Positions 1 through 13,942 of a stretch of DNA of 64,000 nucleotides are shown here, in pieces. The DNA is from Octopus vulgaris. Lineage: Eukaryota. Every line of letters begins with the position of its first letter. Within the stretch, counting starts at the first letter, position 1. The notes under the pieces were generated by a model that saw nothing but the letters and a program-made list of their open reading frames with translations, did no database searches and had not been told where the DNA came from. The DNA is taken from the NCBI GenBank assembly GCA_951406725.2, contig OX597815.1, positions 134,478,001-134,542,000 on the forward strand, given 5' to 3'. Position numbers and translations under genes: made by a program.

Positions 1-214
1 TTAACCACGGTTTCTATATGCTGAGGGTATAGATCTCAGAACTTTCTTCAAATATGACAAAATCTTGATTTCTTTCTTTTTTTTCTCATGTTCCTATTCT
101 TGGTGATTCTTATCTATCTCTCTCTCTCTCTCTATATATATATATCAAAATAAGCAACAAGGATATCCAGAGGTAATGCAGTACAATCTAAATTTTTGGT
201 GAACTTATCTATCT

Positions 215-247
<33 letters not shown>

Positions 248-556
248 CATCATCATCTGTTTTCCATGCTAGCATGGGTTGGATGGTTCGACCGGGGTCT
301 TGGAAGCCAGGAGGATGCACCAGGCTTCAGTCTGATCTGGCAGTGTTTCTACAGCTGGATGTTCTTCCTAATGTCAACCACTTCGTGAGTGTAGTGGGTG
401 CTTTTTACATGCCACCGGCACAGGTGCCAGGGGAGGCTGGCAATGACCACGATTGGTTGGTGCTTTTTACGTGCCACCGGCACGGAAGCCAGTCAAGGCG
501 GCGCTGGTGGCGGCCACATTCGGATGGTGCTTTTTACATGCCACCAGCACAGGTAT
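248..556 (-). mobile_element. 3' end of RTE-type LINE (tail with (CAT)n)
   Basis: Reverse complement of the 3' UTR seen at 4250-4607 and 9790-10092. Ends in (ATG)n on the element strand. Confidence 0.8.
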
Positions 557-1630
557 CACATATAATGTGAAATAAAAGCAAGGGGTATTGTCATATTTTG
601 AAATTCTGATAAATCTGGTAATGATGATGATTTTGATGGGTGAGGGTAGTGTAGAGATGTTGGGCAATCTTTTAGGGGATCAAAATTGTTAAAAGTTTAA
701 AAAACCCTCGACATTTAAGAGCCCTATGTGTGTGTGTGCACGTGTGATTTTTGGTACATGGAAGCATCATTTTTAATACTATATTCATCAATATATTTAG
801 AGTGAAGTTTTAAATTCGCTTTAGAATCTCTTCACACATCTCAATGTTTTGAGATTCTCCTGCTAAAAAAAAAAATCACAAAAGTACCAAAAAGCATAAA
901 ATAATTTTTCAATATAGCTAAGTATTTCTAACCCTGCTCCTAAATGGTTATAGAACTATAATAACTAGGGACCATGTATATCTACCAACCAAAGGATTAC
1001 TTCTTTTTTTAACCCTTTAACTGCAAAATTAAGCTTTATGGCTATTCCAGTTATACTCAAGATCATGCATGAGTAATACAAAATAATGTAAATATATAAG
1101 CATTACATTTAATAGAATAATCTGGATGGTAAGGGTTCAATATTTACCAAAAAATGGAATTGCTATTTTCTGCAAATCGTATTGCCTCAATAAACTTGAT
1201 ATATCTTAGCAAAAAAATAACTTCACGTGTGAAATACTTCAACAAAAAATAGATTAGTATATAAAACTGCTTTCTACATTTAAGAATAATGAAATTTTGA
1301 GTGGCTGTATCAGATTTCTATTGTAAAGAGGGTTAAGTTAGATCTCACCATTTTCATTATGGCTGTAGCGCTACACATACTCTCTTAGATTTGTTCCAAG
1401 CATTAAATATCTTTGGATTATTTAATTTCTAAACCATTTTATTTTCTTACACTGTGATTCATTCATCATAACTTGGGTAAATACAGTAATGAAGGCTGGG
1501 GTTTATTGTTGAACTCAGAAATTAAAAATGGTCTGGAGTTGCCTTTCATATTTAACCAAAATAATTCAAATAATGATAGTCATTCAGTTTTTTCCTCATC
1601 ACGTTTATTTCTAATTAGCTTTTTAATCCT

Positions 1631-1995
1631 AGGCATGGTGTTTGGTTAATACATTGACGTTGCAATCATGTGGTTCCAAGTTCAGTCCCACTGTGACACC
1701 TTGGGCAAGTGTCTTCTACTATAACTCCAGGATGACCAATGCCTTGTGAGTGAATTTGGTAGACAGAAACCACGTGGAAGCCCATGTGTGTGTTTGTCTC
1801 CTGTCTCTCTATTTAACAACCAGTGTTGGTTTATTTACATCCCTATAACTTAGTGGTTTGGTGAAGGATAGAATTAAGTACCAGACTTTAAAAAGTAAGT
1901 ACTGGGGTCAATTCATTTGATTAAAACACTTCAAAGTGGTTCCCCAGCATGGCTACAGTCCAATGACTAAAATGTAAAATGTAAAAGATTAAAGA
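1631..1995 (+). mobile_element. tRNA-derived SINE, family A (CORE-like accttgggcaagt; OR2-like), decayed
   Basis: Head tggtt...gttcagtccca, then accttgggcaagtgtcttctactata, then tail ccccagcatggctacagtc. Homologous to 36692-37066. Confidence 0.8.
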
Positions 1996-3307
1996 TTGTT
2001 AGTAACAACTATTGTTTATGTTAGTATCCAAAATATATCTGGGTGTATAGAATTGACAGTGTTACTGGAAAATTCTGTAGCATACCACAAAACATACAAG
2101 TCAATGTCATCATCATTTTCTTTTTAGCTGTTTTCCCATGCTGACACAAGTTGGCTTGGTTTGCTCCAGCATGGCATCTCACTAATTGTTGCAGCCCTTT
2201 GTCATCTCTTTCATGGGATTCAACACCTTGTGATAAGTTTTTATCATTTCTTCTCTTATTTTCAATAAGCTTCCTCCACATTGGCTGCTTGTCCCCTTTT
2301 TATAAGAAAGTATTGCTAGCTTTATTGTGAAACAATTTTGTTCTTTATTACATAATTCTGCTCGTTGATTATCTTCTCATAAATTGTGATTTAATTTTGA
2401 AAAATCATTTCCATTTACAATATTTCATTTACACTTGTCCAGTTTTTATCTCTTGTCTACTTATAATTTTTGGTCTCCTATTACTACTACTTCTACACGC
2501 ACAAAACCAGTGTTACTACTAATAGTATAGTACTACAGTTATAGTCTTGACTATTACTACCACTACTAATGTCTTCTCCACTATCACTGCTACTCTTTTT
2601 GCCATTTCATTATTACGTCATCCATCACACTTCGTTGCAATATATTTCTGTTTTGATTCCAAGTTCTGACTTGAAAATTATTTATAGCCTTTGCACTGAA
2701 TTTAATTTGTTCTTTGTTTGTTTAGTAGCGTTTTATTTTAGTTATGGTTGGTTGAGCAAGTGACTTTTTTTAAACTCGTTTTCCAAGAGAGTTCGTGTAT
2801 GCTTTATGTGCTTGGTGGTATTGTATGGGTTAACATGGTTTGAAGGAGACTGCTATTTCATTTGACATAGTTATTGGATCATGGCGTCTTTTGATACAAC
2901 TGAAAAGTGGGCGAGAGGGAGTGAATGTTTGCCTGCCGCCCCCATCTATGGCTTTGTTCAGGACTCCTAGTTCTATTTATATTCGCATACTTCCATCTCT
3001 TTTATTTTCTTAAACTGTAAAATGTATTTAAATTATTGAGAATTACTTGATTTTTGGTTGGTAGTTCCCAGAATCACAAATAGAAAAATTTCACTTCTGT
3101 TTTTTCCTCATTCACCAAAATAAGTTTTGATTCACAACCAGTTACTCTCAGTTGTGCACTTTTTAGATTTTTGTATTAAAAGTAATGTAGAAACAGGACA
3201 TTATGTGGACTATTCATTGATATGGGAAAAGCTTTTGACACTATAAACTGTCAAACTCTATAGCAAACTTGTAAAATATGGTATCAAGATGTACCTAGTG
3301 TTAGCTA

Positions 3308-4607
3308 TGGACACATAAGAGGTGCAGCAATATCAAAGGAAGGCTAACTAGGAAGATAGTTTTTGTATGTGGCAAATGCTCAGGTGCTATAAACACTGAA
3401 AATATGCAGAGAGCAGCTTCTGTTATATTTCAAGGAGAAAAATTACAAGTAGTTGATAGCTTCTGTTATCTAGGGGACCATGTCAGTAGCAGAGGTGGAT
3501 GCGCTGAAAGTGTAGCTGCTAGAATAAGAATAACCTGGGCAAAGTTCAGAGAGCTCCTACAACTGCTGGTGACAAAGGGCCTCTCGCTCAGAGTAAAAGG
3601 TAGACTGTATGACGCATGTGTATGAACAGCCATGCTGCATGGCAGTGAAACATGGGCTGTGACTGCTGGGACATGCGTAAGCTTGTAAGGAATGAAGCCA
3701 GTATCCTCCGCTGGATGAGTAATGTCTGTGTGCATACACGACAAAGTGGAAGCACCCTGAGAGAAAAGTTGGATTTACGAAGCATCAGATGTGGTGCTCA
3801 AGGTAGACGACTGCGCTGGTATGGTCATGTGTTGTGAATGAATGAGGACAGCTGTGTGCAAAAGTGTCACACCCTAGCTGCTGAGAAGAGGTAGACCCAG
3901 GAAGATCTGGGATGAGTGGTGAAGCATGACCTTTGAACATTGGGCCTTATCGAGGCAATGACTAGTGACCGAGTCTTTTGGAGATATGCTGTGTTTGAGA
4001 AGACCCGACAAGCCAAGTGAGACCACAGCCCATGGCCTATGCCAGTGGATGTAACCAGCCCACCTATACCCCTCATTCATTGGACAATAAAATTTGCTTG
4101 CGAAGACCTATTGAGGCAAGTGAAATCAAAATTGCTGACATGGCCGATGACAGTACCGCCTGACTTGCACTTGTCCCAGTGGAACGTTAAGAGGACATCC
4201 AAGCGTGATTGTTGCCAGGGCCTCGAATTGGCTCCTGTACCTGTGGCACATAAAAAGCACCATTTGAGCATGATCTTTGCCAGTGTTGCCTTAACAGCAC
4301 ATGAAAAATAACATTCGAGTGTAGTTATTGCTAGTGCCACCGGATTGGCTCATGTGCAGATAGCATGTTAAAAACATCTTTTGAGCATGGTCATTGCCAG
4401 AATCGCCTGACTGGCTCTCATGCCGGTGGCATGTAAAAGCACCCACTACACTCTTGGAGTAGTTGGCGTTAGGAAGGGCATCCAGCTGTAGAAACTTTGC
4501 CAAATCAGACTGGAGCCTGGTGCAGCCTTCTGGCTCACCAGTCCTCAGTCACTGTCCAACCCATGTCAGTATGGAAAGTGGACGATAAACGACAACGATG
4601 ATGATGA
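3308..4607 (+). mobile_element. 5'-truncated RTE-type LINE (decayed RT C-terminus plus 3' UTR)
   Basis: Broken frames give VDSFCYLGD..ARIRITWAKFRELL..LRVKGRLYDACV..GSETW..RRLRWYGHV..GRPRK. The 3' UTR has internal repeats and a (GAT)n tail. Confidence 0.9.
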
Positions 4608-7194
4608 TAAAACAATGTGGTATATAGACTGATTTGGACTTTTCCCTTGGAACTTCCCTTAATTTACTGATGTTAAGCAGGTTTTTATTTTGTCAAATTT
4701 AATCTCTTCTAGTTTCACAATTGTCACTAAGAATATTATCTCACCCAGGTATTACTGTATTTTGTGTTTTTTTTTTTTTTTTTCAATGCATATCTGACCA
4801 CCAACTTTAAGGCTGATGGTCTTTCAAATATCTTTTGAATCTGCGAGTGTTCATCCCTGGTATCAGATTCTAGTCTATTCAGACTATCTTTCATAAATAT
4901 ATTTTCCTATTATTAGGTTTCTTTTATCTATATAGATACCCTATAGAGAGCAGGCCTGTTTCCTAATAACAATGAAACAAATAAAAATGTATTTCCTCAA
5001 CATATTGTCCAGTAGCAAATAATTTATTGAATACTGACAGTTTGAGCTATTGTTAGTTTATTTTTAGAAAAAAGCTGTTTTGTAATGAATTTCCTCTCTG
5101 AAATTGAATAGCCAGAAACTCTTAACTGAATGCATTCACACCTGTCTTTGCAACCACATAGTTTCAGGTTCAGTCTCGTATTCACCCTGGGCAAGTATTT
5201 TCTATAATAGCCCTGGCTTGACCAATGCTTTTCAAGTAGATTTGGGAGATGGAAACTGAAACAAGTCTATTGTATTTGTTCGTGTGTGTATGTTTTTGAC
5301 TTCTTGTCATGACATCATGTAATTGTTGTAAATTAAATCTCATTCATTTTTCAATAATCTGTGGAAACATGTCTGGCTGTGGGTAAATATTACCTTGCTT
5401 GGAAATAGGTGAAGGTTGGTGAGAGGAATGGTATCCAGCCATAGAAAATCTGCCTCAGTAATATCTGTGTGGTCCATGCAAATGTGAAAAAGTGGACATT
5501 AAAACGATTGCTAAATGTGAATGGAACCTGTGGAAGGGGAAGACCTGGGATGAAGTAGTGAAGACCAACCTCAGATCGTCTCATGGGAGAAACGACAATG
5601 GGTTGAAATAATTGGTGATTCTGTGAAGTGGTTGACATTTGGAAGGGCATCCAGCTGTAAAAACTGTGTCAAAAGTTCCAACCAACCATAGGTTGATTGA
5701 AGGATGATGGTGATGCCAAAAGTGACCTCACCTGTGCTGGTGCCATGTAAAAAGCACTCAGTCCACTCTATGAAGTGATTGGTGTTAGGAAGGGCATCTG
5801 GCCATAAAAACCATGCCAAAGAGACACAGTAGCCTGGTGTAGTCTCCTACCTGGCTGGTTCTTGTCAAACCATCCAACCCATGCCAGTATGGAAGACAGG
5901 TGTTAAATAATGATGGTGGTGATAATTCTCTCTGCTTATGATCTATTTATCTTAGCAAAAATAAATGAAGTCCTAAAAGCATATTTATGTCTGTATCCTT
6001 GCATCCAAACTGTACTTGCCGATCCTTTCCCACAATTCATTTTCCTAACACCCATCCCTCCATCACTTATCTATCTACGGTGCCATTTACTGAGCAGCTT
6101 TAATTATGAGAGCAGACTAAATATTTCACCCCCACCTTCCTTTGTACTACCATTTATCTTTCTCTCTTTGGAATCTCTTTGTCATCCACCTGCATTCTCA
6201 ATATCCTCCCTTATCACTTTATTTTCCACTGATAGCTCCTTTCCTCTGAACACCCTCTTAGATCTGCCATGATATCTCTCCCATCTTTTTGTCAGTCACT
6301 ATATCCACTACTACGTACCCTGACCTCTGTCACTTTGCAACCCTCTCTCTCTTCCACTCACTCTACATCTCCCTATTTCTCGTTTATCTACGGATTTATT
6401 GTTTTACTATACTATGTGTTGTGGCTTATGACCTGATCCACTCTTTTATACCTTTATCTGTGGTAGCTATCTATATACTTTTAACTGTTTGGAATATTCT
6501 AAGACTTGCCTTTTTCCTGCTTTTTTTTAATGTTATTTATTTTTATCTTGTTCTTCTGTATATAAATTTTAATGTATATTAATAACCTTATATGAAATCT
6601 AAAATATTTGTAAACTCATGTTTTGGTAGTGAGAGAGAAATATAGCGCTGTAAATGATGTGAAAAGCAGGAGCAGATGGAATTGGAAATTCAAGCACCTA
6701 GGAGCTTGTTTTCTATGTTTAGAACAGAATCATTTCTTTCCACCCATCTCTCTCTCTCTCTGTTTTATATACATTGTATAGAGAAAACACCCGAAGCCTA
6801 TACAAAAACACTGAATATGTGTTTATTATTCATCCAAAGTAAACAGTACGTGTGTGCTGTTTACGTCACAGTAACAATATGTTTAGACGGAGCAAATAAT
6901 TTCAAATGAATACAGAGAATACGATTGGTTAAAACTCGCAGATTTAAACTACGTATAAACTTATAAAATACATTTTTGTCAAAAAAACTAGTTGAAATTA
7001 TTGTTTTCTTTTGACACATTCTACCAGTATACGAAGTTTCAAATTATTTAGTTAACTAGAAAAATCTGGCTTTCAAAAAGAAAAGATCCAGCTAATTTTC
7101 CCCCATGGCCAGAGATTTCCAGAGAATATTGGAAATGAATGGCATTCACTTACAACCTCCATGAGATGTCAGGACACGCGCCCACGCACGCGGC

Positions 7195-7340
7195 TTCTTT
7201 CAATTTCTGTTTTCTAAATCCACTTTCAAGGCATTAGTCTGTCTGAGGCTATAGTAGAAGACACTTGCCCAAGATATCATGCAGTGGGACTGAACCTGAA
7301 ACCATGATTGGGAAGCAGACTTCTCAACCACACACCCACG
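7195..7340 (-). mobile_element. SINE family A 5' half
   Basis: tagtagaagacacttgcccaag...gggactgaacc is the reverse complement of the family A head/core. Confidence 0.75.
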
Positions 7341-9434
7341 ATTTTGTGTAATGTTTATTAGTTGGGAGGTCTTGGTAGCTTTGTATTGACTGTTTTGCTG
7401 AGGACGAAACTAAAGCATATCCAAAATTGTCACACCAGTTAAAAACAAAGCAACAAAAAAAATCGGCTCTCCGTCGGTTATGACGAAGAATGTTCCAGTT
7501 GATGCAATCAGTGGAACTGCCTACTCGTGAAATTAACGTGCGAAAGGCTTGAGCATTCCACAGACACACATACGCTACCAAAAATTCAGACGTATCCCAT
7601 TCTGCTTAACTACGTATTTCAGTTTTGTGTCAGATGAAATTTCTCGAGTTCTCTCCCTTGCCACTTTGAAGCGAAAACGATATTAATGACTTGTTAGAGT
7701 TATTTCAGTTCAAAATTATTTTTGGCTCACTACATCAAATATGGTAGCCTGCCTCTCTATCTCTGTACATACTCATTACACGCTCAAAACTATACTGAAA
7801 TAGTTTGAGGACAGGCATAACTTTCTTGTTGCCGTGGTGTTAGATAAACACACAGTAGTCAGTGCCACCCATGATACGACCTAATGGTCAGCATTTCCTC
7901 TCCTTGCTCTTTTGTTCAGTTCAGCTTTTAAACTGCTATTGTTGATGTCGTTGAAAATCCTTTCTATCAACGTTTCTTCCTTATTCTCCCCATAATTAGC
8001 TTCGTGTCTTATTTTCTTCAGTCTTTTCAGTACAGGTTCATTTCATTTTACACTCTATTCTTTTCTGAATATATCTGCTATTACTCATATTGTCTGTCTG
8101 TCTCTACTCTCTTACACATATTTTTAATTTGCCTTTTCAAGAGCAATAAAAAGGGTAAGAACATCCCAGTATGCTCTCCACCCTTCCTCGTACCCCTATC
8201 TCTCCCTCCTTCCCCTCCCCTCTTTCCCCCTCTCTCTCACGACATTAAAATGCACAAAATGCCCCTAAATATGTCTTGAATTACAACATAATGCATCCCA
8301 GGAATGTGGAAGTACTGTTATAAAATTCTTAATGAAGTCCTTAGCTTCAATAATGATCTTGCCATATATAATACAATTAAGACAAAACTCAAGCACATCA
8401 CACAAACTTTAACAGTAAAAGTAACCAATGTTAACTGCATAATCATAGCTCAAAAATGCTATATTTACTTATACCACAACGTAAACAGCATAAAATAACA
8501 CCATAGTGCAATTAAAAACCCTCATCAAGCAGTCACCTAGCACTGATCAAGTAACAAAGTTGCATCCCCAACACAACATACCACTGCAAACACTTCAAAT
8601 GTCATGCAACCGATACAAAGATAAACTTGAAGACCAATAGAGCTCTAGAACATTGAAAATGTTTGTATTCAAGATAAAAACCAGCAGCATGAAACATACA
8701 TACTTCACTACCAACCTCATGACCCTCCCTGATTATATATATATATATCTTGCTTATAACATGCCTTAACACACTTTCAAACATGTTAAGAAAAACTTCA
8801 TTGTAGGTGACCCATTCTGGTACAAAAACAATAACAAACACCATATCACAGCTAAATGTCCTTTGCGGTTAACAGCACAAACGAAAATGAATACACATGC
8901 CTTATGAAAAACTATTCAACTTCTGCACACTTTGCTACTACAACAGTATTGCTAACATTGCTCCAAATCCCTTGGACTACAACAACAACAACACACACAT
9001 ACCCACACAATCAGTGGGTAAACAGACACTTTCTTGAACTTGAAAAGTTTGGTTGAACTACTTTTGTCATAAGACAAAATTACAGTTAACATGGTCTCAA
9101 ATGTAGATACTGCAATGCATACAGTTCAACTAAATAATTGTAGAAGCATGCAAAAAGACGCATATCTCATGGAAATATAAAAATGTACAATCCTTACAGT
9201 ATAACTGAAATTACCAGCCTGATTAACACTAAAGATATCAAAACACTACACTCTAATGCATCATACATCATCATCATTGTTTTCTGTGCTGGCACAAGTT
9301 GGAAAGGTCTGTTCCAACACAGCATCCTGCCATGCATATAGTATTCAGCATCAAGAAACTAGATAAAATAAGAAAACTCACAAATTATATATGTATGTGT
9401 GTGTATGTATACATATACACAACAAAAACATGTG

Positions 9435-10092
9435 TGTGTTACGTATGGATGAGGACAGCTGTGTGTTCCACACTCTAATTGTGGAAGGAACCTGTGGAAG
9501 AGGTAGACCCAGGAAGTCATGGGATGAGCTGGTGAAGCATGACTTTCAAATGTTGGGCTTCACAGAAGCAATGACAGGAGACCGATACCTATGGAGATAT
9601 GCTGTGATTGAGAAGACCTGGCAACTAAAGTGAGATTGCAACCATGGCAGATGCCAGTGTTGCATGTCTGGCTCATTTAAAAGTACCCTTGGTGCATCAG
9701 GCGATATGATATGCTTGAAAAAACCTGTTGAGACAAGTAAAACCAAAATGTAGCTGTGGCCAATGTCCTCTGACTGGCTCCCGTGCCTGTGGCACATAAA
9801 AATCATCATATGAACATGGCTGATGCTAATGCCCCCTGACTAGGCTCATGCTGGCGGTATGTAAAAAGCACTATCTGAGCGTGATCGATGCCAGGGCTGC
9901 CTGACATGCTCCTGTGCTGATGGCATGTAAAAAGCACCTATTACACTCTCGGAATGGTTGGCATTAGGAAGGGCATCCAGCTGTAGAAACATTGGCAGGT
10001 CAGATTGGAGCTGGTGCAGCTACTGGCTTTCCAGACCTCAGTCAAACCATCCAACCCATGCCAGCATGGAAAATGGACGTTAAATGATGATA
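9435..10092 (+). mobile_element. RTE-type LINE 3' fragment
   Basis: ORF 9391-9633 RMDEDSCV..VEGTCGRGRPRKSWDELVKHD..LWRYAV, followed by the same 3' UTR and tail as 3308-4607. Confidence 0.88.
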
Positions 10093-10715
10093 ATAAACCA
10101 CAAAATAAATAAAAACACTTTCCTAAAATTAGTTGCAAAATGCATTTGCACAAACACTAAAGAAACAAACTGTTTATCAAAGTAGAGGTACAACATTACT
10201 CCAGTATGAGATCTGTGAATCCAACCTTTTAAGTGATTCACATTTAATTTTTCTTTAAAATTCTGTTCTTTGTGAAATAAGAAGGAAGCTTTCATTTTTT
10301 CACCCACTTCTTTCTGTCTTCTGCCCAGACTGATTTTTATGTAGTCTGTCCTAATTTATTCAGATGCTGTCGTTTTTGTGTTTCCTGTTGGGGCATTTTG
10401 TGTAATTAGGCAATACAAGTTTCAAAAGTGTGTTTCCCCACATTTACTCACATGGTTTACTACTAGTCTTTTTTCTTTCAATGGATCAGTCAAAGGAGAA
10501 AAGGAAAACTTATGACCTTCTTCAAAGTTTGTGAGGCTGTGAGTGAAAGTTATCAGACAAGAGTGTATGTAATAGAGTGAACCCTACTAAAGTTATCTAA
10601 GGAGGTGTTAAAGCTATTTACACTTCTGCCAGCAGCTGTAAACAGTGAAAATGCTAATCTATTGATAACGAGGTTTACAATAAAACTATTCAGATGTAAT
10701 AGCAATTTCTTAATA

Positions 10716-10930
10716 TTCTTTGCTACTCTAGGCACAAGCCCGAAATTTTTGGGGAGGGGGCCAGTTGATTAGATTGACCCGAGTACGCAACTGGTACTTA
10801 ATTTATCGACCTCAAAAGGATGAAAGGCAAAGTCAACCTTGGCAGAACTTGAAGCCAGATTGTAAAGACAGACGAAATACCGCTAAGCATTTTGCCCAGC
10901 ATGCTAACGTTTCTGGCAGCTTGCTGCCTT
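10716..10930 (-). mobile_element. tRNA-derived SINE, family B (gcctttcatcctttcggggtcgataaa central domain)
   Basis: Homologous to 36068-36462. Flanked by a direct repeat agcaatttcttaatatt (target site duplication). Confidence 0.85.
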
Positions 10931-12594
10931 AGCAATTTCTTAATATTATTATATGCAATTCAGTGATAGTTATGATTTTTTTTTTAAATATCATATTTAA
11001 GGGGCAGACAACATTGGTTAAAAGCAATAGAGATTATATAAGTGGACTGTAGTCAGCCATTTCTTAAAAGCAAATTGTAATAAATGTTGTTGGGTGTATT
11101 ATTGAAAAATTTTAGTTCTTCAAGTAAAATTTCTATTTTTTATCTGAATATATCATTTGTCGGGAGCCACAAGTAGAGTGCTGCAAGATTCTTAACATTA
11201 AATAACGATGGTTTCCAAACATAGGCATAAGATTATAGACATATTTGGCAGGTATGTAGTCAGTTAAAATAACCCTCATTACATGGCTGGTATATTTTTC
11301 ATCAACTTTAGAATGATGAAAGCCTAAGTCTATCTTACCAAATTTGAACCTTGACTGTAGTTGGATATGAGTTAAAATCGTGAAGCATCTTGTTTACAAC
11401 TTGGCTGGTCCTACTCATGCATGCATGGAAGATGGGCATTAAATGATGATGATAGTGATCTTAATAAACCTAAAATAATGAATATTAATTTTTCTTTTTA
11501 TTCAACATTATTTTTCTTTTTCTCTCACTTTTACAAAAATATAAGATTGCTGTATTATTAAGATGTATAATTAAGGAATGCCACCAGTGAAAAATATCTG
11601 ACAACCATTGTGTTCTGCTGTATATATTGTAACATACACTGGCAACATGTGTCACAGTTAAAATAATTTTATGTCAAGAGTAATCTTTGGAGACCAAATG
11701 AGTATAAATGTATTGCTAATGCAGGTCTGGTTATCATTTATAAACAATGCTTGCATGTTTATTAATTGTGCCCATTGCCATGTTTGCTATATGTCTAAAA
11801 GGCAATTTCAATATAGGTTACTTATTTTGGACATTAAGAAATAGTTATTCTTCAAAGGCTGTCTTGGTATCAAATCCTAATTATTGCACAAATATTACAG
11901 AAGGCTTTTGTTGTTACTTCTACAGTTTAAGAACATTCTGTCATATACCTACTTTCTGATAATTTCTCTGCTTTCTCTTTTCAAATTTGTAAACCAGTTT
12001 CCCAGTGACTACTCTGCTGATTTTAATTTTAATCTTTTCCATTTGTACCATTAATAAGGACATTGGTGTTTTTTATTTTCACAAAGGATTTCTTATTGTA
12101 GGAATATTATTAATCCTCGATAAAGCATTGATAAGGTATTAGAATGGCAAATTTGAAAGTGCTCAGGCTATATAAATACTTAAAATTATTGTCTGTTTTT
12201 TGCAGTAAATGAATACTAATTTATTGGGCTTATTTCATTCAACTACATCCACTCCTTAAATTTGTAGTCTAATCAATGTGAAAAACCCTTATAAATCAGT
12301 GGTAATATTTTTCTTTTTTGCATATTGGGCTTGGTATAGTTGAACAGCTCACCTTAGACTACTGTGATTCATTGTACTTTCCCCCTTGCTAACTTTAAAT
12401 TCTGAATCCTTTTTCCTTCAGAGACTTTATTTTCTTTATTAATCTCACCTGTTCAACATTTAGTAAAAATTAATAATCATTTAAATGTGCGATACCAACC
12501 TGTCTGACACTGGTTCTGTTATGAATGAAATAACTCATATTTTAATTTAAACTTTCCATCATAATTTTAGTCCTTTTTGTTATGTTCCAAACGT

Positions 12595-13400
12595 ATCTAA
12601 TCTTACTATAATGGGCATTACGTCTGTTTGTCTGTGCCTTCTTCATAGTCAAACAGCTGGACCAATGGTCACGATGTTTTTTTGGATTATGAAGGAGGTA
12701 ATCGGGAAGGTTTTTAGCAAAAAAAAAAAAGATTATTTAGTGGATATTGAAGGTAACTGGTCAGTTTCCAGGTATAAAAAAGTAAATAAAAATTAAGGGG
12801 GAGATAACTTAGTAAAAGAAATGATGGGAAGTCAACTTCTCACTATAATGGGCATTATGTCTGTCCTTTTTTCACGGCCAAATGGCTGGTCATGATGTTT
12901 TTTCAGGATTACTAAGGAGGTAATCAGGAAAAAATGCGAAAAAGTATGATTTTTAGTGGACATTGGGTTTTGGGTTAATAAATTGCCTTTGATTTTTTTT
13001 TTTTTGTTAAAATTCCGGTGACAAGGATTAACTTTGGATTCCCTGCCCCTATAGTTTGTGAATTTAGAGGGTTTGGATTTGCAATACTATCCCTTTATTT
13101 CTCATCGTAAATGGGCAGATTACTAAAGATTCTGCTTGCACATTCACAGCAGACAAGGCACAGGGCCAGACTTCAGACCGTATAGGTGTACTTTTACCCA
13201 TTCCGATGTTTACACACAGCCGGTTATACGTTGCTATGAGTAGGGCAACAGACTCCAGTAATTTGAAGATTAGTGTTGACCAAACAGAAAATATCGTCTA
13301 CAAAAAAGTTTTGTAATCATATTGATATTATCAAAAGGAATGATTCACAATTTAAATAAGGACATTTGTGAACTTTGAATGTATAAAACAAGTGTAAAAT
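12595..13400 (+). mobile_element. Helitron remnant retaining the PIF1-like helicase C-terminus
   Basis: 13143-13316 reads FTADKAQGQTSDRIGVLLPIPMFTHSRLYVAMSRATDSSNLKISVDQTENIVYKKVL*, matching Helitron RepHel motifs (TINKSQGQT..FSHGQLYVALSR..NIVYKEV). A Helitron-like 5' segment at 12595 is duplicated at about 12840. The 3' boundary is approximate. Confidence 0.85.
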
Positions 13401-13903
13401 AGTGTAAACAACTAAAATAAAAGTATATCTAAATAACATTTTTTTCTTAATACTCTTTATGTAGTGGTCGAAGGACGTTGTGGCTTTCGTTAGGTGTGGT
13501 CCCCATAACCATTCAGGATACAGAGGCTAGGAGCTTATTTCAGTTTGGGAGTGAATCGTCATCACATGTCACTTAGTCGCAAACACATGTCATATAGCTG
13601 CAATAGAATGCTGTATCACCAACAATAATGTGATTTCTGTAAGATATCACCTAGTAATCTACCAAGTCTATTTACACATTTTTCAATACATACTGCTGTT
13701 ATGATTTCCCTCCCTCATTTTATGCCACCATCATAGATGGGTAGATTGGCTACTAAAGGTAATTAAAGGTTATTTTATTAAATCCTTCAAAATTCTGGAT
13801 TATTTTCAAAATAAATTGAAAAACATGGTTATTATATGGTCATGAAATGGTTAAAAAGACCAATAATGCTAGTGCTTAGCTCCAGTTCAATAACATTAAG
13901 CAG

Positions 13904-13942
<39 letters not shown>

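Noticed and set aside
8130-9260. A/C-rich stretch as a decayed retroelement ORF
   Set aside because: Composition is suggestive, but I could not recover a diagnostic motif.
12144-12204. ATG..A|gtaaat as SDHD exon 1 (MANLKVLRLYKYLKLLSVFC)
   Set aside because: Weak donor, no promoter-like context and no recognisable homology. Other candidates (13465-13493, 17651-17698, 23877-23919) are equally unsupported.
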